A DNA stretch of 64,000 nt from an uncultured Candidatus Saccharibacteria bacterium (GTDB taxonomy: Bacteria; Patescibacteriota; Minisyncoccia; UBA6257): assembly GCA_964479005.1 (NCBI GenBank), contig CAYZJA010000002.1, positions 1 to 64,000 on the forward strand. Reading direction: 5' to 3'. A program made the position numbers and the translations under genes. Of the stretch, positions 10,201-18,388 are shown piece after piece; position 1 is the first letter of the stretch, and every line of letters starts with the position of its first letter. The notes under the pieces are model-generated. The model was given only the letters and a program-made list of their open reading frames with translations. It made no database searches and had not been told where the DNA came from.

Positions 10201-10411
10201 AAGCTAGATAAACTTCGCAACCAATTATTGGTTTAATCCCCATCTTTTTAGCAAGAGAATAAAATTCTATTGCCCCATACATTACCCCGTGGTCAGTCAA
10301 AGCCAACGCATCCAAACCCATTTCCTTTGCCTGCTTTAAAAGCTGCTCTGGACGGGGCAAGCCATCTAATAAAGAATAGTGGCTATGGACATGAAGATGG
10401 GTAAAATACAT
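7235..10411 (-). CDS. dnaE: DNA polymerase III alpha subunit
   Basis: 1058 aa; N-terminal PHP domain HLHVHSHYSLLDG, polymerase core, OB fold. Confidence 0.95.
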   Translation of the reverse strand: MYFTHLHVHSHYSLLDGLPRPEQLLKQAKEMGLDALALTDHGVMYGAIEFYSLAKKMGIKPIIGCEVYLASRSLTDKTPKVDAKLYHLVLLAKNKTGYRNLLKLVTIGELEGFYYKPRIDKEVLKKHSDGLIALSACAKGEIPSALLVEDFKKALELAKEYQKIFEKDNFYLELQHHPELPDQKKINDGLLKISKELNIPAIVTTDLHYIKKEDKEAQDVLLAIQTGTDIENEDRLSMKKMELYFKSPEEITKDFSDHPELFENIKKIVEQCNLELDIGEVILPHFTTPKKEDSFQYLKKLSLENFKKVYSLKNKEAKDRFDYELDVIKETGFADYFLIIENFIRFTKEKGILTNTRGSAAGSLIAYVLGITSVDPLEHGLYFERFLNPERIQPPDIDLDIADNRRADLINYITEKYGQNHVAQIITFGIMKSRLAVRDVTRALGHPYALGDQISKLLPQNITIKKALSIVPELRQLYETNTDAQDIIDMAQQLEGVARHASTHAAGVVISREPLVNYSPLQHSSRNDQEVITQYDMYSLEKIGLLKIDILGLANLTIIKNALRIIKKVYGDEIDLDEVGYKDKKAYKLLSDGNTVGLFQVEGQGMRRYLQELKPTKFEDIIAMLSLYRPGPMEFIPSFINRKRGKEKIIYLHPKLKPILEKTYNICIYQEQLMQIAHDLGGFSMAEADVLRKAVGKKIKTLLRAQKEKLIEGMIKNNIKKSVAEKIWAWVEPFARYGFNKSHSASYARITYQTAWLKAHYPNAFMAALLTSDFGNLDRIAIEIAECQRLGIEVMPPSVNESFAEFGTDKKTGNIYFSLAAIKNVGEGVATMIQEERQSNGIFKNLTDFLKRMPRQALNKKSLESLIKAGALDCFGDRELMADHLEEILDWVYRFHNHKNDQQMSLFNEGKSDDILEHFKRNNSIKPSDKTKRMNWEREYLGIYLTGHPLDSYKNVLGKIALTVSQLDPRHLGRKIKVCGFISRIQKVRTKMGKPMVFTRLADYNNSIEVVLYPAVLANNLAVLGEDKVLLVEGRMDKRNGSYQIIGERLEEIEPIEG

Positions 10412-10474
10412 AATATATAAGTCAAGTAGTTAAAACTAAAAGTATTTTATCACAAGAGACAGAAAAGGCAAAAT

Positions 10475-11116
10475 ATGAATTTACAAAGAGAAAAATATTA
10501 TTGGAAAAAAGGTTATCGAATAATTGCCGGCCTTGATGAAAGTGGGCGGGGACCTTTAGCCGGATCAGTAACAGCAGCGGTAGTTATTGTAAATCCAAAA
10601 TTTAAAATTGAAAACCAAAACTTCAAAAAGATTTTGAGAAGTACAAAAGATTCTAAAAAATTATCAGAAAAACGAAGAGAAAAAATCTTTAAATTGATTC
10701 AAAAGTGCCCATATATAAAATTTACTCATTCATCTGTAAGTGCTAAAACAATTGATAAGATAAATATAGAAAAAGCTACTAAAAAGGCAATGAAGAATTC
10801 CTTAAACAAAATTCTTCCTAGGCATAATTCAAAAAATATTTTAATTTTAATTGACGGCAACAGAATTTTGGATAAAAATCTAAGAATTTCACAAAAAGCT
10901 ATTGTAAAAGGAGATGATAAAATTTTTTCAATTGCTTTAGCTTCTATTATTGCTAAAGTAACGCGAGATAAAAAAATGAGAAAATTATCTTTACAATATC
11001 CCAAATATTATTTTCATCAACATAAAGGATATGGAACAAAGCTACATAGGAAATTAATAAAAAAATACGGACCTTGCAAAATCCATAGGCAAAGTTATCA
11101 CCCAATCAAAAAATGA
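10475..11116 (+). CDS. rnhB: Ribonuclease HII
   Basis: IAGLDESGRGPLAGSV active-site motif. Confidence 0.9.
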   Translation: MNLQREKYYWKKGYRIIAGLDESGRGPLAGSVTAAVVIVNPKFKIENQNFKKILRSTKDSKKLSEKRREKIFKLIQKCPYIKFTHSSVSAKTIDKINIEKATKKAMKNSLNKILPRHNSKNILILIDGNRILDKNLRISQKAIVKGDDKIFSIALASIIAKVTRDKKMRKLSLQYPKYYFHQHKGYGTKLHRKLIKKYGPCKIHRQSYHPIKK

Positions 11117-11982
11117 ATAAATTATTAGTCATACTTGGTCCTACTGCTTCAGGTAAATCTGACTTAGCTATTAAGATAGCTAAACTTTTTAATGGAGAAA
11201 TTATTTCAGCAGATTCACGCCAAATATATAAAGAAATGAATATCGGAACAGCAAAACCAATAAAAGATAATCTGCATCATTTATTAGATCTAATTAATCC
11301 TGACAAACATTTCTCTGCAGCCCAATATAAAGAATTAGCATATAAAACTATAAAAGACATACAAAATAGAAATAAGCTGCCTATTCTATGTGGCGGCACT
11401 GGTCTTTATATTTCATCAATTATTGAAAATTGGCAATTTCCAAAAATTCCCCCTCAAGAAAAACTAAGAAAAGAATTGGAAAAAAAATCGACAGAACAAC
11501 TTTTTGAAATTTACCAAAAAATAGACCCTAATGGAGCAAAATTTATTGATAAAAAAAATAAAAGGAGATTAATCCGCGCAATTGAGGTCTCTAAAGCCAA
11601 TAATAAGCCTTTTTGGCAACAAAGAAGAAAGAACAAGCCCCCTTTCAAGACTTTATTAATTGGTATAAAATTATCAAAAGAAGAATTAAAAAAAAGAATT
11701 GCAAAAAGAACCAAGAAAATGATAAAAATGGGTTTGAAAATAGAAGTAAAAATATTAATCAAAAAATACAGATGGATTCCTTCGCTCCAAACTATTGGAT
11801 ATCAAGAATGGAAACAATATTTTGATAACAAAATCAATAAAAAAGAAGTCCAAAATTTAATTGAACTCCATACTATTCAGTATAGTAAGCGACAAATGAC
11901 GTGGTTTAAAAAAATGAAAAATGTGCAATGGATTAAAAATCCAGAGCAAGCAATAAAATTAACTCAGTTGTTTCTTAAATAA
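11113..11982 (+). CDS. miaA: tRNA dimethylallyltransferase
   Basis: P-loop GPTASGKS and ISADSRQIYKEMNIGTAKP; start overlaps the rnhB stop. Confidence 0.9.
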   Translation: MNKLLVILGPTASGKSDLAIKIAKLFNGEIISADSRQIYKEMNIGTAKPIKDNLHHLLDLINPDKHFSAAQYKELAYKTIKDIQNRNKLPILCGGTGLYISSIIENWQFPKIPPQEKLRKELEKKSTEQLFEIYQKIDPNGAKFIDKKNKRRLIRAIEVSKANNKPFWQQRRKNKPPFKTLLIGIKLSKEELKKRIAKRTKKMIKMGLKIEVKILIKKYRWIPSLQTIGYQEWKQYFDNKINKKEVQNLIELHTIQYSKRQMTWFKKMKNVQWIKNPEQAIKLTQLFLK

Positions 11983-13434
11983 TACCTCTAATAATTTTGG
12001 ATCGGCTGCTCCACGTGTTTTTGCCATTGCTTGACCAATTAAAAATTGAAGCGCGTTTTCCTTGCCTTTTTTATAATCCTCAATTGTTTTGGGATTATTT
12101 TTTATTATTTCTAAAACAATTGGGACTAATTCACTTTCATTACTAATTTTTTCCAATCTCCTTTCTTTGATTAATTTCTCCGGATTCTCCCCTGTCTGAA
12201 TAATTTCTAATAAAATATCTTTTGCTACACGAGAAGAAATTTTATCTTGAACTAAATAAGAAATAATACTGGAAAAATATGCAGGAGAAATTTCTATATC
12301 ATCCCATGTAAGATTCTTTTTTTCTTTGATGCCAAAGATATCGGTAGTCAAGTAGGCACATGATATTGGAGTGCCACTTTTTTTAAGCACTGGGTCTAGT
12401 TTCGTAACAGTATCTTTAAAAAACAATAAAGCCTTATCATCTCGCAATAATAAATTTGCACTTTGGGATGGAATATTATAAGTTTGAATTAAATCTTGTT
12501 TCTTCTTCCAAGGTAACTCGGGTATTTGTTTTTTTATTTCTTCTAAATTAAATAATCCGTCTGATTTGTCTTTTGAATAAATATGTAAACGCGGTAAATC
12601 AGGTTCTGGAAAATAACGATAATCCTGAGCTTCTTCTTTTAGTCTTTGAGAATAAGTAATTTCTTTTTCTGCGTCCCATCCACGAGTTTCCTGAATTACT
12701 TTTTCTCCTTTCTCTAAAATTTTCCTTTGTCTTTGAATTTCAAAATCAATCGATTTTTCCACTGCCCGAAAAGAATTTAGGTTTTTAATTTCTACCTTTG
12801 TCCCTAACTTATCATCTTTAGCCAATGATATATTCACTTCACAACGCATCTGGCCTCTTTCCATGTCTGCCTCTGAAACGCCTAATGTTCTTAAAAGCAA
12901 TTGAAGCCCTTGAGCAAATAATCTTGCTTCTTTTCCACTGTGCATAACAGGTTCTGTTACTAATTCCATTAATGGAACACCTGCGCGATTAAAGTCAATC
13001 AAAGTTGATTCTCTATCTACAGAATGAATAAGCTTTCCTGTGTCTTCTTCCAAATGAACACGGGTAATTTTAATATTTTTTTTAGATTCTTCTAAATCAT
13101 TGCTTAAAAATAAAGATAATTCTCCCCCTTTGCATAAAGGCATATCATATTGGGATATTTGATAACCTTTTGGCAAATCAGGATAAAAATAATTTTTTCT
13201 ATCAAATTTAGAATATTCGGGAATTTCCGAATTTAAAGCCAGACCAACTGTTATAACTTGTCCTAATGCTTTTTTATTAATAACAGGAAGCGTTCCTGGA
13301 TGAGCTAAACAAATTGGACAAATATTCTTATTGGCAATCTTTTCTTCTGGATTATTCAAACAACCGCAAAACATTTTAGTCTTGGTTTTCAGTTCAGTAT
13401 GAATTTCCAGACCTATTGTTGGTTCAAATTCCAT
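11959..13434 (-). CDS. gatB: Asp/Glu-tRNA amidotransferase subunit B
   Basis: MEFEPTIGLEIHTELKTKTKMFCGC N-terminus typical of GatB; 491 aa. Confidence 0.95.
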   Translation of the reverse strand: MEFEPTIGLEIHTELKTKTKMFCGCLNNPEEKIANKNICPICLAHPGTLPVINKKALGQVITVGLALNSEIPEYSKFDRKNYFYPDLPKGYQISQYDMPLCKGGELSLFLSNDLEESKKNIKITRVHLEEDTGKLIHSVDRESTLIDFNRAGVPLMELVTEPVMHSGKEARLFAQGLQLLLRTLGVSEADMERGQMRCEVNISLAKDDKLGTKVEIKNLNSFRAVEKSIDFEIQRQRKILEKGEKVIQETRGWDAEKEITYSQRLKEEAQDYRYFPEPDLPRLHIYSKDKSDGLFNLEEIKKQIPELPWKKKQDLIQTYNIPSQSANLLLRDDKALLFFKDTVTKLDPVLKKSGTPISCAYLTTDIFGIKEKKNLTWDDIEISPAYFSSIISYLVQDKISSRVAKDILLEIIQTGENPEKLIKERRLEKISNESELVPIVLEIIKNNPKTIEDYKKGKENALQFLIGQAMAKTRGAADPKLLEVLFKKQLS

Positions 13435-13451
13435 ATGCTTTAATTATTTTT

Positions 13452-13500
13452 GAACGAAGTGAGAAAACAAGGTTCTTGAGCGAAGCGAGAGGTTCTTATT
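13452..13500 (+). repeat. AGGTTCT direct-repeat element copy
   Basis: GAACGAAGTGAGAAAACAAGGTTCTTGAGCGAAGCGAGAGGTTCTTATT. Confidence 0.7.
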
Positions 13501-13547
13501 AAAGTTATTTTAAGTATACATCAAAAAAAATATCTCGCCAATAATAT

Positions 13548-13582
13548 TAAAAGCCCCGTGAAAACTCACAGGGCTTTTTTAT
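13548..13582. terminator. Bidirectional intrinsic terminator downstream of rplK
   Basis: Hairpin AGCCCCGTG/CACAGGGCT (one mismatch) with an A-run before and a T-run after. Confidence 0.6.
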
Positions 13583-13597
13583 ATTTTTATTATTTAT

Positions 13598-14023
13598 CTA
13601 TTTTTCTATTTCTATACCCATACTCCTTGCTGTTCCTTCCACCATCTTCATAGCCGCTTCTATATCTGTTGTATTTAAATCAGGTAGTTTCCTTTTAGCA
13701 ATTTCTTCTACTTGTTTTTTTGTAATCTTTCCAACTTTTTGTTTTAAAGGATTGCCAGCTCCTTTTTGTATTCCCGCCGCTTTGCGTAATAAATCAGATG
13801 CTGGAGGTTGTTTAAATTTTAAATCAAAACTCCTGTCTTGATAAATTGTAATTTCTACGGGAATAATATCTCCAGCTTGATTCTTTGTCTTTTCATTGAA
13901 TCGCGTGCAAAATTCCTGAATATTTAAACCGTGCTGACCTAAAGCAGGACCAACAGGTGGAGCAGGATTAGCCTGCCCAGCAGGAATTTGTAAAATTAAA
14001 GTTGTTTTTATTACTTTTCCCAT
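13598..14023 (-). CDS. rplK: Ribosomal protein L11
   Basis: [22 protein letters not shown] signature. Confidence 0.95.
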   Translation of the reverse strand: MGKVIKTTLILQIPAGQANPAPPVGPALGQHGLNIQEFCTRFNEKTKNQAGDIIPVEITIYQDRSFDLKFKQPPASDLLRKAAGIQKGAGNPLKQKVGKITKKQVEEIAKRKLPDLNTTDIEAAMKMVEGTARSMGIEIEK

Positions 14024-14038
14024 ATTTAATTAAAACTT

Positions 14039-14584
14039 TTAATCTTTTTTGACTTGAAGAAAATCTAAATCTACTGGAGTATCCCTTCCAAATAGGGATA
14101 CTAATACCTTAACTCTTCCCCTTTCATGGTCTATTTCATCAACTTTCCCTTGTTTGTCTTTAAAAGGCCCATCAATAATAGTAACTAAATCTCCTTCTGT
14201 AAAATCTATTTTATATTTTGGTTCTTCCTCTCCCGTCTTTTTTAAAATATTCTTTATCTCGTCGTCTTGGACAGGCCGGGGAGTTGTTCCTGCTCCAATA
14301 AAACCTGTCACCATTGGGGTATTCCTTACAACATACCATGAATCATCAGTAACAATCATTTCAACAAAAACATAGCCTGGATATATTTTTTCTTCAACAA
14401 CAGCGCGCTTGCTGTGTTTTATCTTTATTTTTTTTTCTTTTGGCACTAAAACATTAAAAATCTTATCCTGCATCTGTAAAGATTCAACTCTTTGTTTTAA
14501 ACTTCGAGCTACCGCATCTTCATATCCAGAATAAGTATGAATTACATACCAATTTCTTCCTAAATTTATCTGCTGTTTTGGCAT
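14039..14584 (-). CDS. nusG: Transcription termination/antitermination factor NusG
   Basis: NGN domain (WYVIHTYSGYE) plus C-terminal KOW. Confidence 0.9.
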   Translation of the reverse strand: MPKQQINLGRNWYVIHTYSGYEDAVARSLKQRVESLQMQDKIFNVLVPKEKKIKIKHSKRAVVEEKIYPGYVFVEMIVTDDSWYVVRNTPMVTGFIGAGTTPRPVQDDEIKNILKKTGEEEPKYKIDFTEGDLVTIIDGPFKDKQGKVDEIDHERGRVKVLVSLFGRDTPVDLDFLQVKKD

Positions 14585-14634
14585 AAATCAATTAACAATA
14601 AGTAATCAACAATTAACAAAATAATATTTTTGTA

Positions 14635-14865
14635 TTATTTAATAACGGTGCTCATTGATCGAATTAATCCAAAATCAATAAGCCCAAGAACAATAGCAAC
14701 AGCAAAAGAAAGCCCAAGAACACCCAAAGTATAACGTATTGTTTCTTTACGCGTGGGCCAATTTACTTTCTTTAACTCTTGAATAGCTCCTTTAAAATAC
14801 CTCTTTATATTTTCCATTTTTTTCTTTTTAAAAATGCCCCAAAGGGCACTTTTATAGTCTATCAC
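14635..14865 (-). CDS. secE: Preprotein translocase subunit SecE (true start probably the internal Met at about 14817)
   Basis: MENIKRYFKGAIQELKKVNWPTRKE followed by a single TM helix. Confidence 0.8.
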   Translation of the reverse strand: MIDYKSALWGIFKKKKMENIKRYFKGAIQELKKVNWPTRKETIRYTLGVLGLSFAVAIVLGLIDFGLIRSMSTVIK

Positions 14866-15416
14866 AAACCAAGTTTTTTATCAATCTTTTGCATACCTTG
14901 TAAAACTAAATCAACAAATTCTTTTAAGGAAAGCTCTAAGAAAGATTCACATTGTTTGATAATCTCCCGATTAGCCCCCTTAGCAAACCCTTTTTCTTTA
15001 AAGCGATTTAAAATATTATCAGTTGTCACATCTTTTATTTTCTTGGAAGGCAATACTAAAGTAGCAGCCACAATTAAACCTGTTAAAGGATCCACGCAAA
15101 ATAAAGCTTTAGCCATTTTAGTTTCAGGCGCAAAACCATGAATTTCATTATGGGTTTTTACTGCTTCTACAATTTCCTTATCTATGTTTTGTTCCTGCAA
15201 ATACTCTGCTCCCATTAAAGAATGCTGCTCTGGCTTGTCTTTTGTTTCTTCATAATCTATATCGTGAAGCAGTCCAGCTATCTCCCATTTTTCTTCATCT
15301 TCTTTAAAATATTTTGCTAATTCTTTCATAGCAGCTCCACAAGCCAAACAATGCTTAATCAAATTAAGCGTTTTAACTTTATTATTTAACATTGATAAAG
15401 CTTCGTTTTTGTTCAT
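14862..15416 (-). CDS. HD-domain phosphohydrolase
   Basis: H..HD motif (LLHDIDYEE) and overall HD/HDIG fold signature. Confidence 0.7.
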   Translation of the reverse strand: MNKNEALSMLNNKVKTLNLIKHCLACGAAMKELAKYFKEDEEKWEIAGLLHDIDYEETKDKPEQHSLMGAEYLQEQNIDKEIVEAVKTHNEIHGFAPETKMAKALFCVDPLTGLIVAATLVLPSKKIKDVTTDNILNRFKEKGFAKGANREIIKQCESFLELSLKEFVDLVLQGMQKIDKKLGL

Positions 15417-15490
15417 AAAAGATTATTCAGATTATAAAAAATTAATTCTAATAATTATTATAAGATAGAAAAAAATAATGTCAATATAAC

Positions 15491-15524
15491 TTGACAGAAT
15501 AAATATTTAGTGTAAAATAATAGG
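15491..15524 (+). promoter_or_regulatory. Near-consensus sigma-70-type promoter
   Basis: TTGACA, 16-nt spacer, extended -10 gTGtAAAAT, in an AT-rich orphan intergenic region. Confidence 0.4.
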
Positions 15525-15715
15525 TAATCAAGGCGGGTCTTATGCAATTTACTAAATTACTCAATGTGAAGGATATGACCTGTTCGTGAAAAATTATTTA
15601 TCTTCAATTCACCTTGATTGCAATACATCTTCGTATTGAGCTTGAACCTTGAAAAAATTTTAAGAAAGGAGAGGAAAAAAATAAAAGAAATAAAATGAAA
15701 GGATAAAAAGAATTA

Positions 15716-15853
15716 ATGGTAAAAAATGCATTATTGAAAAACCTAAAAAGTGAACGAGCTTCTGCCCAAATAACGATGAAAATACACAGAATGATTAAGA
15801 AAGTAAGAATTGAAAAAGAAAAAGATTTAGAAAAAGAAAGGGAGAAAAAATGA
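15716..15853 (+). CDS. Putative small basic protein (45 aa); stop overlaps the next start as ATGA
   Basis: MVKNALLKNLKSERASAQITMKIHRMIKKVRIEKEKDLEKERGEKK; its TGA overlaps the ATG of the 15850 ORF. AT-rich, so possibly spurious. Confidence 0.2.
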   Translation: MVKNALLKNLKSERASAQITMKIHRMIKKVRIEKEKDLEKEREKK

Positions 15854-16155
15854 AAATGAAAGTTAAGATGGACTGTGAATGTGTTACTAATGGAGGAAAC
15901 TGTATAGCAAGTGAAACAAATAAACCAAAAGAATTTAATAAATGCGTTTTTCAGAAGAATCACATGGATGAAAAGATAATGAAAGAACGCTATATATGTT
16001 GTTTATCAAACCAATGTAGAAAAAGATTAGAATCCTATGGAAAACCGCCAGAGTATTTCTTTGAACATATCTGTCCACAGATTGATCTAAAATTTGAAAA
16101 ATACCTTAAGAGAAAAAATAAATCAAAAAGAAAGAAAGAAAAGATTAGGGTATAA
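15850..16155 (+). CDS. Small Cys-rich protein (101 aa, 8 Cys, basic C-terminus)
   Basis: ORF is followed directly by a strong intrinsic terminator and preceded by a promoter; no similarity recognised. Confidence 0.4.
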   Translation: MKMKVKMDCECVTNGGNCIASETNKPKEFNKCVFQKNHMDEKIMKERYICCLSNQCRKRLESYGKPPEYFFEHICPQIDLKFEKYLKRKNKSKRKKEKIRV

Positions 16156-16188
16156 ATTCTCCTTTAAAAAATGTAATTATGAAAAGTT

Positions 16189-16228
16189 TAGGGAACCATC
16201 CGAACGTCGGAGGTTCCCTATTTTTTTT
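16189..16228 (+). terminator. Intrinsic terminator
   Basis: TAGGGAACC/GGTTCCCTA stem followed by T8. Confidence 0.65.
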
Positions 16229-16269
16229 ATTTAATTTATTTAATTTCTAAAAGCTCAACTTTAAATATA

Positions 16270-17247
16270 TTAAGAAGTTTTTTTATATTTTTGTTTTATT
16301 ACATCCCGTAATATCTTTTCAACGCGCTTTATACTTTCATCATCAAGTATAGAAATTGGAATTGCCTTCTTCCCTATTTTCTTTAGTTGATTAAGTTTTT
16401 CTTTCATTTTATTTTTATCTAATAAGTCAGACTTACTCAAAAAAACATATTCAACCTTATCCAAAAGTTGCTTGCTGTAAGCGCCTAATTCATTTCTGAT
16501 AATCTGATAATCTTTTATTGGGTCAGGTGATTCTGCGGAAATAAAATGAAAAAGTGTTTTTGTTCTATCAATATGGCGTAAAAATTTAATGCCAAGTCCT
16601 TTATTATCAGAAGCGCCTTCAATAATTCCAGGAACATCAGCTAATATCAATTCATAATAAACGCCCAGATTTGGATTAAGTGTTGTAAATGGATAATTAG
16701 CCACCTTGCTTTTAGCGTTAGTCAACTCATTTAACAAACTGGATTTACCTATATTCGGCAAACCAACAAATCCAACATCGGCAATTAGCTTAAGTTCAAG
16801 CCTTAATTCATATTCTTCACCTGGCAAACCTTCTTGAAATTGAGTTGGGCTTGTATTAGTTGACGACCTAAATTTAAAATTACCTTTGCCGCCCTTACCG
16901 CCTTTAACTATTAACAACCGCTGTCCAATAGAGATAATCTCCAAATCTTCGCCAGTAGATAGATTATGAACTAAAGTGCCAATCGGCACTTTTAAAATAA
17001 TATTTTTACCATCTTCCCCGTCATGAAATTGAGGTTTTCCATTTTCACCATCTTCTGCTGCTAATTCTTTTTTACCGCGAAACTGGGAAAGAGCGCCAAT
17101 ATCAGACACGCCTTCTAAATAAATACTGCCTCCTTTGCCGCCATTACCACCAGTTGGTCCAAGACTCATCATTACTTTGTTAAATGCTACTGCGCCGCGA
17201 CCTCCATGACCGGCCTTTACTTTAATCTTTATATCATCAATTAACAT
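16270..17247 (-). CDS. obg: GTPase Obg/CgtA
   Basis: Obg fold N-terminus (KAGHGGRGAVAF) plus G domain GLPNIGKSSLLN. Confidence 0.9.
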   Translation of the reverse strand: MLIDDIKIKVKAGHGGRGAVAFNKVMMSLGPTGGNGGKGGSIYLEGVSDIGALSQFRGKKELAAEDGENGKPQFHDGEDGKNIILKVPIGTLVHNLSTGEDLEIISIGQRLLIVKGGKGGKGNFKFRSSTNTSPTQFQEGLPGEEYELRLELKLIADVGFVGLPNIGKSSLLNELTNAKSKVANYPFTTLNPNLGVYYELILADVPGIIEGASDNKGLGIKFLRHIDRTKTLFHFISAESPDPIKDYQIIRNELGAYSKQLLDKVEYVFLSKSDLLDKNKMKEKLNQLKKIGKKAIPISILDDESIKRVEKILRDVIKQKYKKTS

Positions 17248-17248
17248 A

Positions 17249-18298
17249 TTACTCTCTTTCTAAATTTGTATTGCAAGTAGGACATTTTAAATTTGAACAA
17301 GGAACGCCTAGCTCATGCGCAATCTTATAACCGCATTTAGAACAAATACAATAACCGCTTGGACCCTTGCCAATTGCTTTTTGAATTTCTCCCTTAAACC
17401 TACCTTTTCTCTGCCAACCAAAACTCCTTCCAAGATGAGGCCTATAAAAACCAGTACTTATTTTATGACTTTCAATTTGGATTGCGACATATTGAATACT
17501 TTTAATTTCTTCCATAAGTTTTTTCCTTAATCTATCGGAAATTTTAGTTGCTTCTTCCACACTCAAATCGCTTTGCAGCTTTATAACTAAATTTACTGTT
17601 GTAGCTGAACCCTTTTTTTGGGTTTTTAAAGAAGAAATTTCAATGCTTTGTTCTTTGGCAATATTTTTTATTTTTTCTTCTATATCTTCGCCAGCAGTAA
17701 CATCAAGCAAAGAATCAATCGCTTCTCTTCCTAATGAAAATGATTCTTTAACAATGTATAAACCAATTAATAAAGCTAAAAGAGAATCAGCGTAAATCCA
17801 GTATCTAACAAAAAACAAACCTGTTAAAACTGCTATTGATGTATAAACATCAATCCGTGAATGAACTCCGTCTGAAAGCAGGCTGACAGAACCCTCTTTT
17901 TTACCATAATGAATCTTCAATCTAGCCATAATTTCATTCACAACAGCTGAAAATATCATAACGCCAAAAGCCAGATAACTAATTTGAATTTTTTCAGGAT
18001 TAAGAAAATTTTTATAAGCTTCGTAAATAATGCCGATGCCAGTTGCAAAAACAATAATTGTGATAATTACACCGCTTAAAACTTCAAATTTATAATGGCC
18101 ATAAGGATGTTCTTTATCACTGGGTTTTTTAGAAATTTTAATCCCAATATAACCAATAGCCGAAGAAAATATATCCATAAAAGAATGCAGTCCTTCAGCT
18201 AAAATAGCGGCGGAATTAGAAAAAGCGCCAACAGCGATTTTGCTTCCAGCTAAAACAATATTTGCCAATATTGAAATTATTGCGACTTTCTCTTTCAT
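17249..18298 (-). CDS. Cation diffusion facilitator family transporter with C-terminal Cys-rich zinc-ribbon extension
   Basis: HSFMD and HSRID (H-x3-D) motifs in TM2/TM5; C-terminal CICSKCGYK...CSNLKCPTC. Confidence 0.85.
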   Translation of the reverse strand: MKEKVAIISILANIVLAGSKIAVGAFSNSAAILAEGLHSFMDIFSSAIGYIGIKISKKPSDKEHPYGHYKFEVLSGVIITIIVFATGIGIIYEAYKNFLNPEKIQISYLAFGVMIFSAVVNEIMARLKIHYGKKEGSVSLLSDGVHSRIDVYTSIAVLTGLFFVRYWIYADSLLALLIGLYIVKESFSLGREAIDSLLDVTAGEDIEEKIKNIAKEQSIEISSLKTQKKGSATTVNLVIKLQSDLSVEEATKISDRLRKKLMEEIKSIQYVAIQIESHKISTGFYRPHLGRSFGWQRKGRFKGEIQKAIGKGPSGYCICSKCGYKIAHELGVPCSNLKCPTCNTNLERE

Positions 18299-18388
18299 AT
18301 ACCTTTATTCTACCAAAAAATCTAAATTTTACCCATTTCTGCGAAAAGGGCTAAAAAGTATCAAACCTTCCTAAAAAATTAAAAGTAA

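Noticed and set aside
15604-15963. 119-aa minus-strand ORF in the orphan island
   Set aside because: Low-complexity F/S/L-rich translation of AT-rich DNA, antisense to the promoter/ORF/terminator arrangement on the plus strand.
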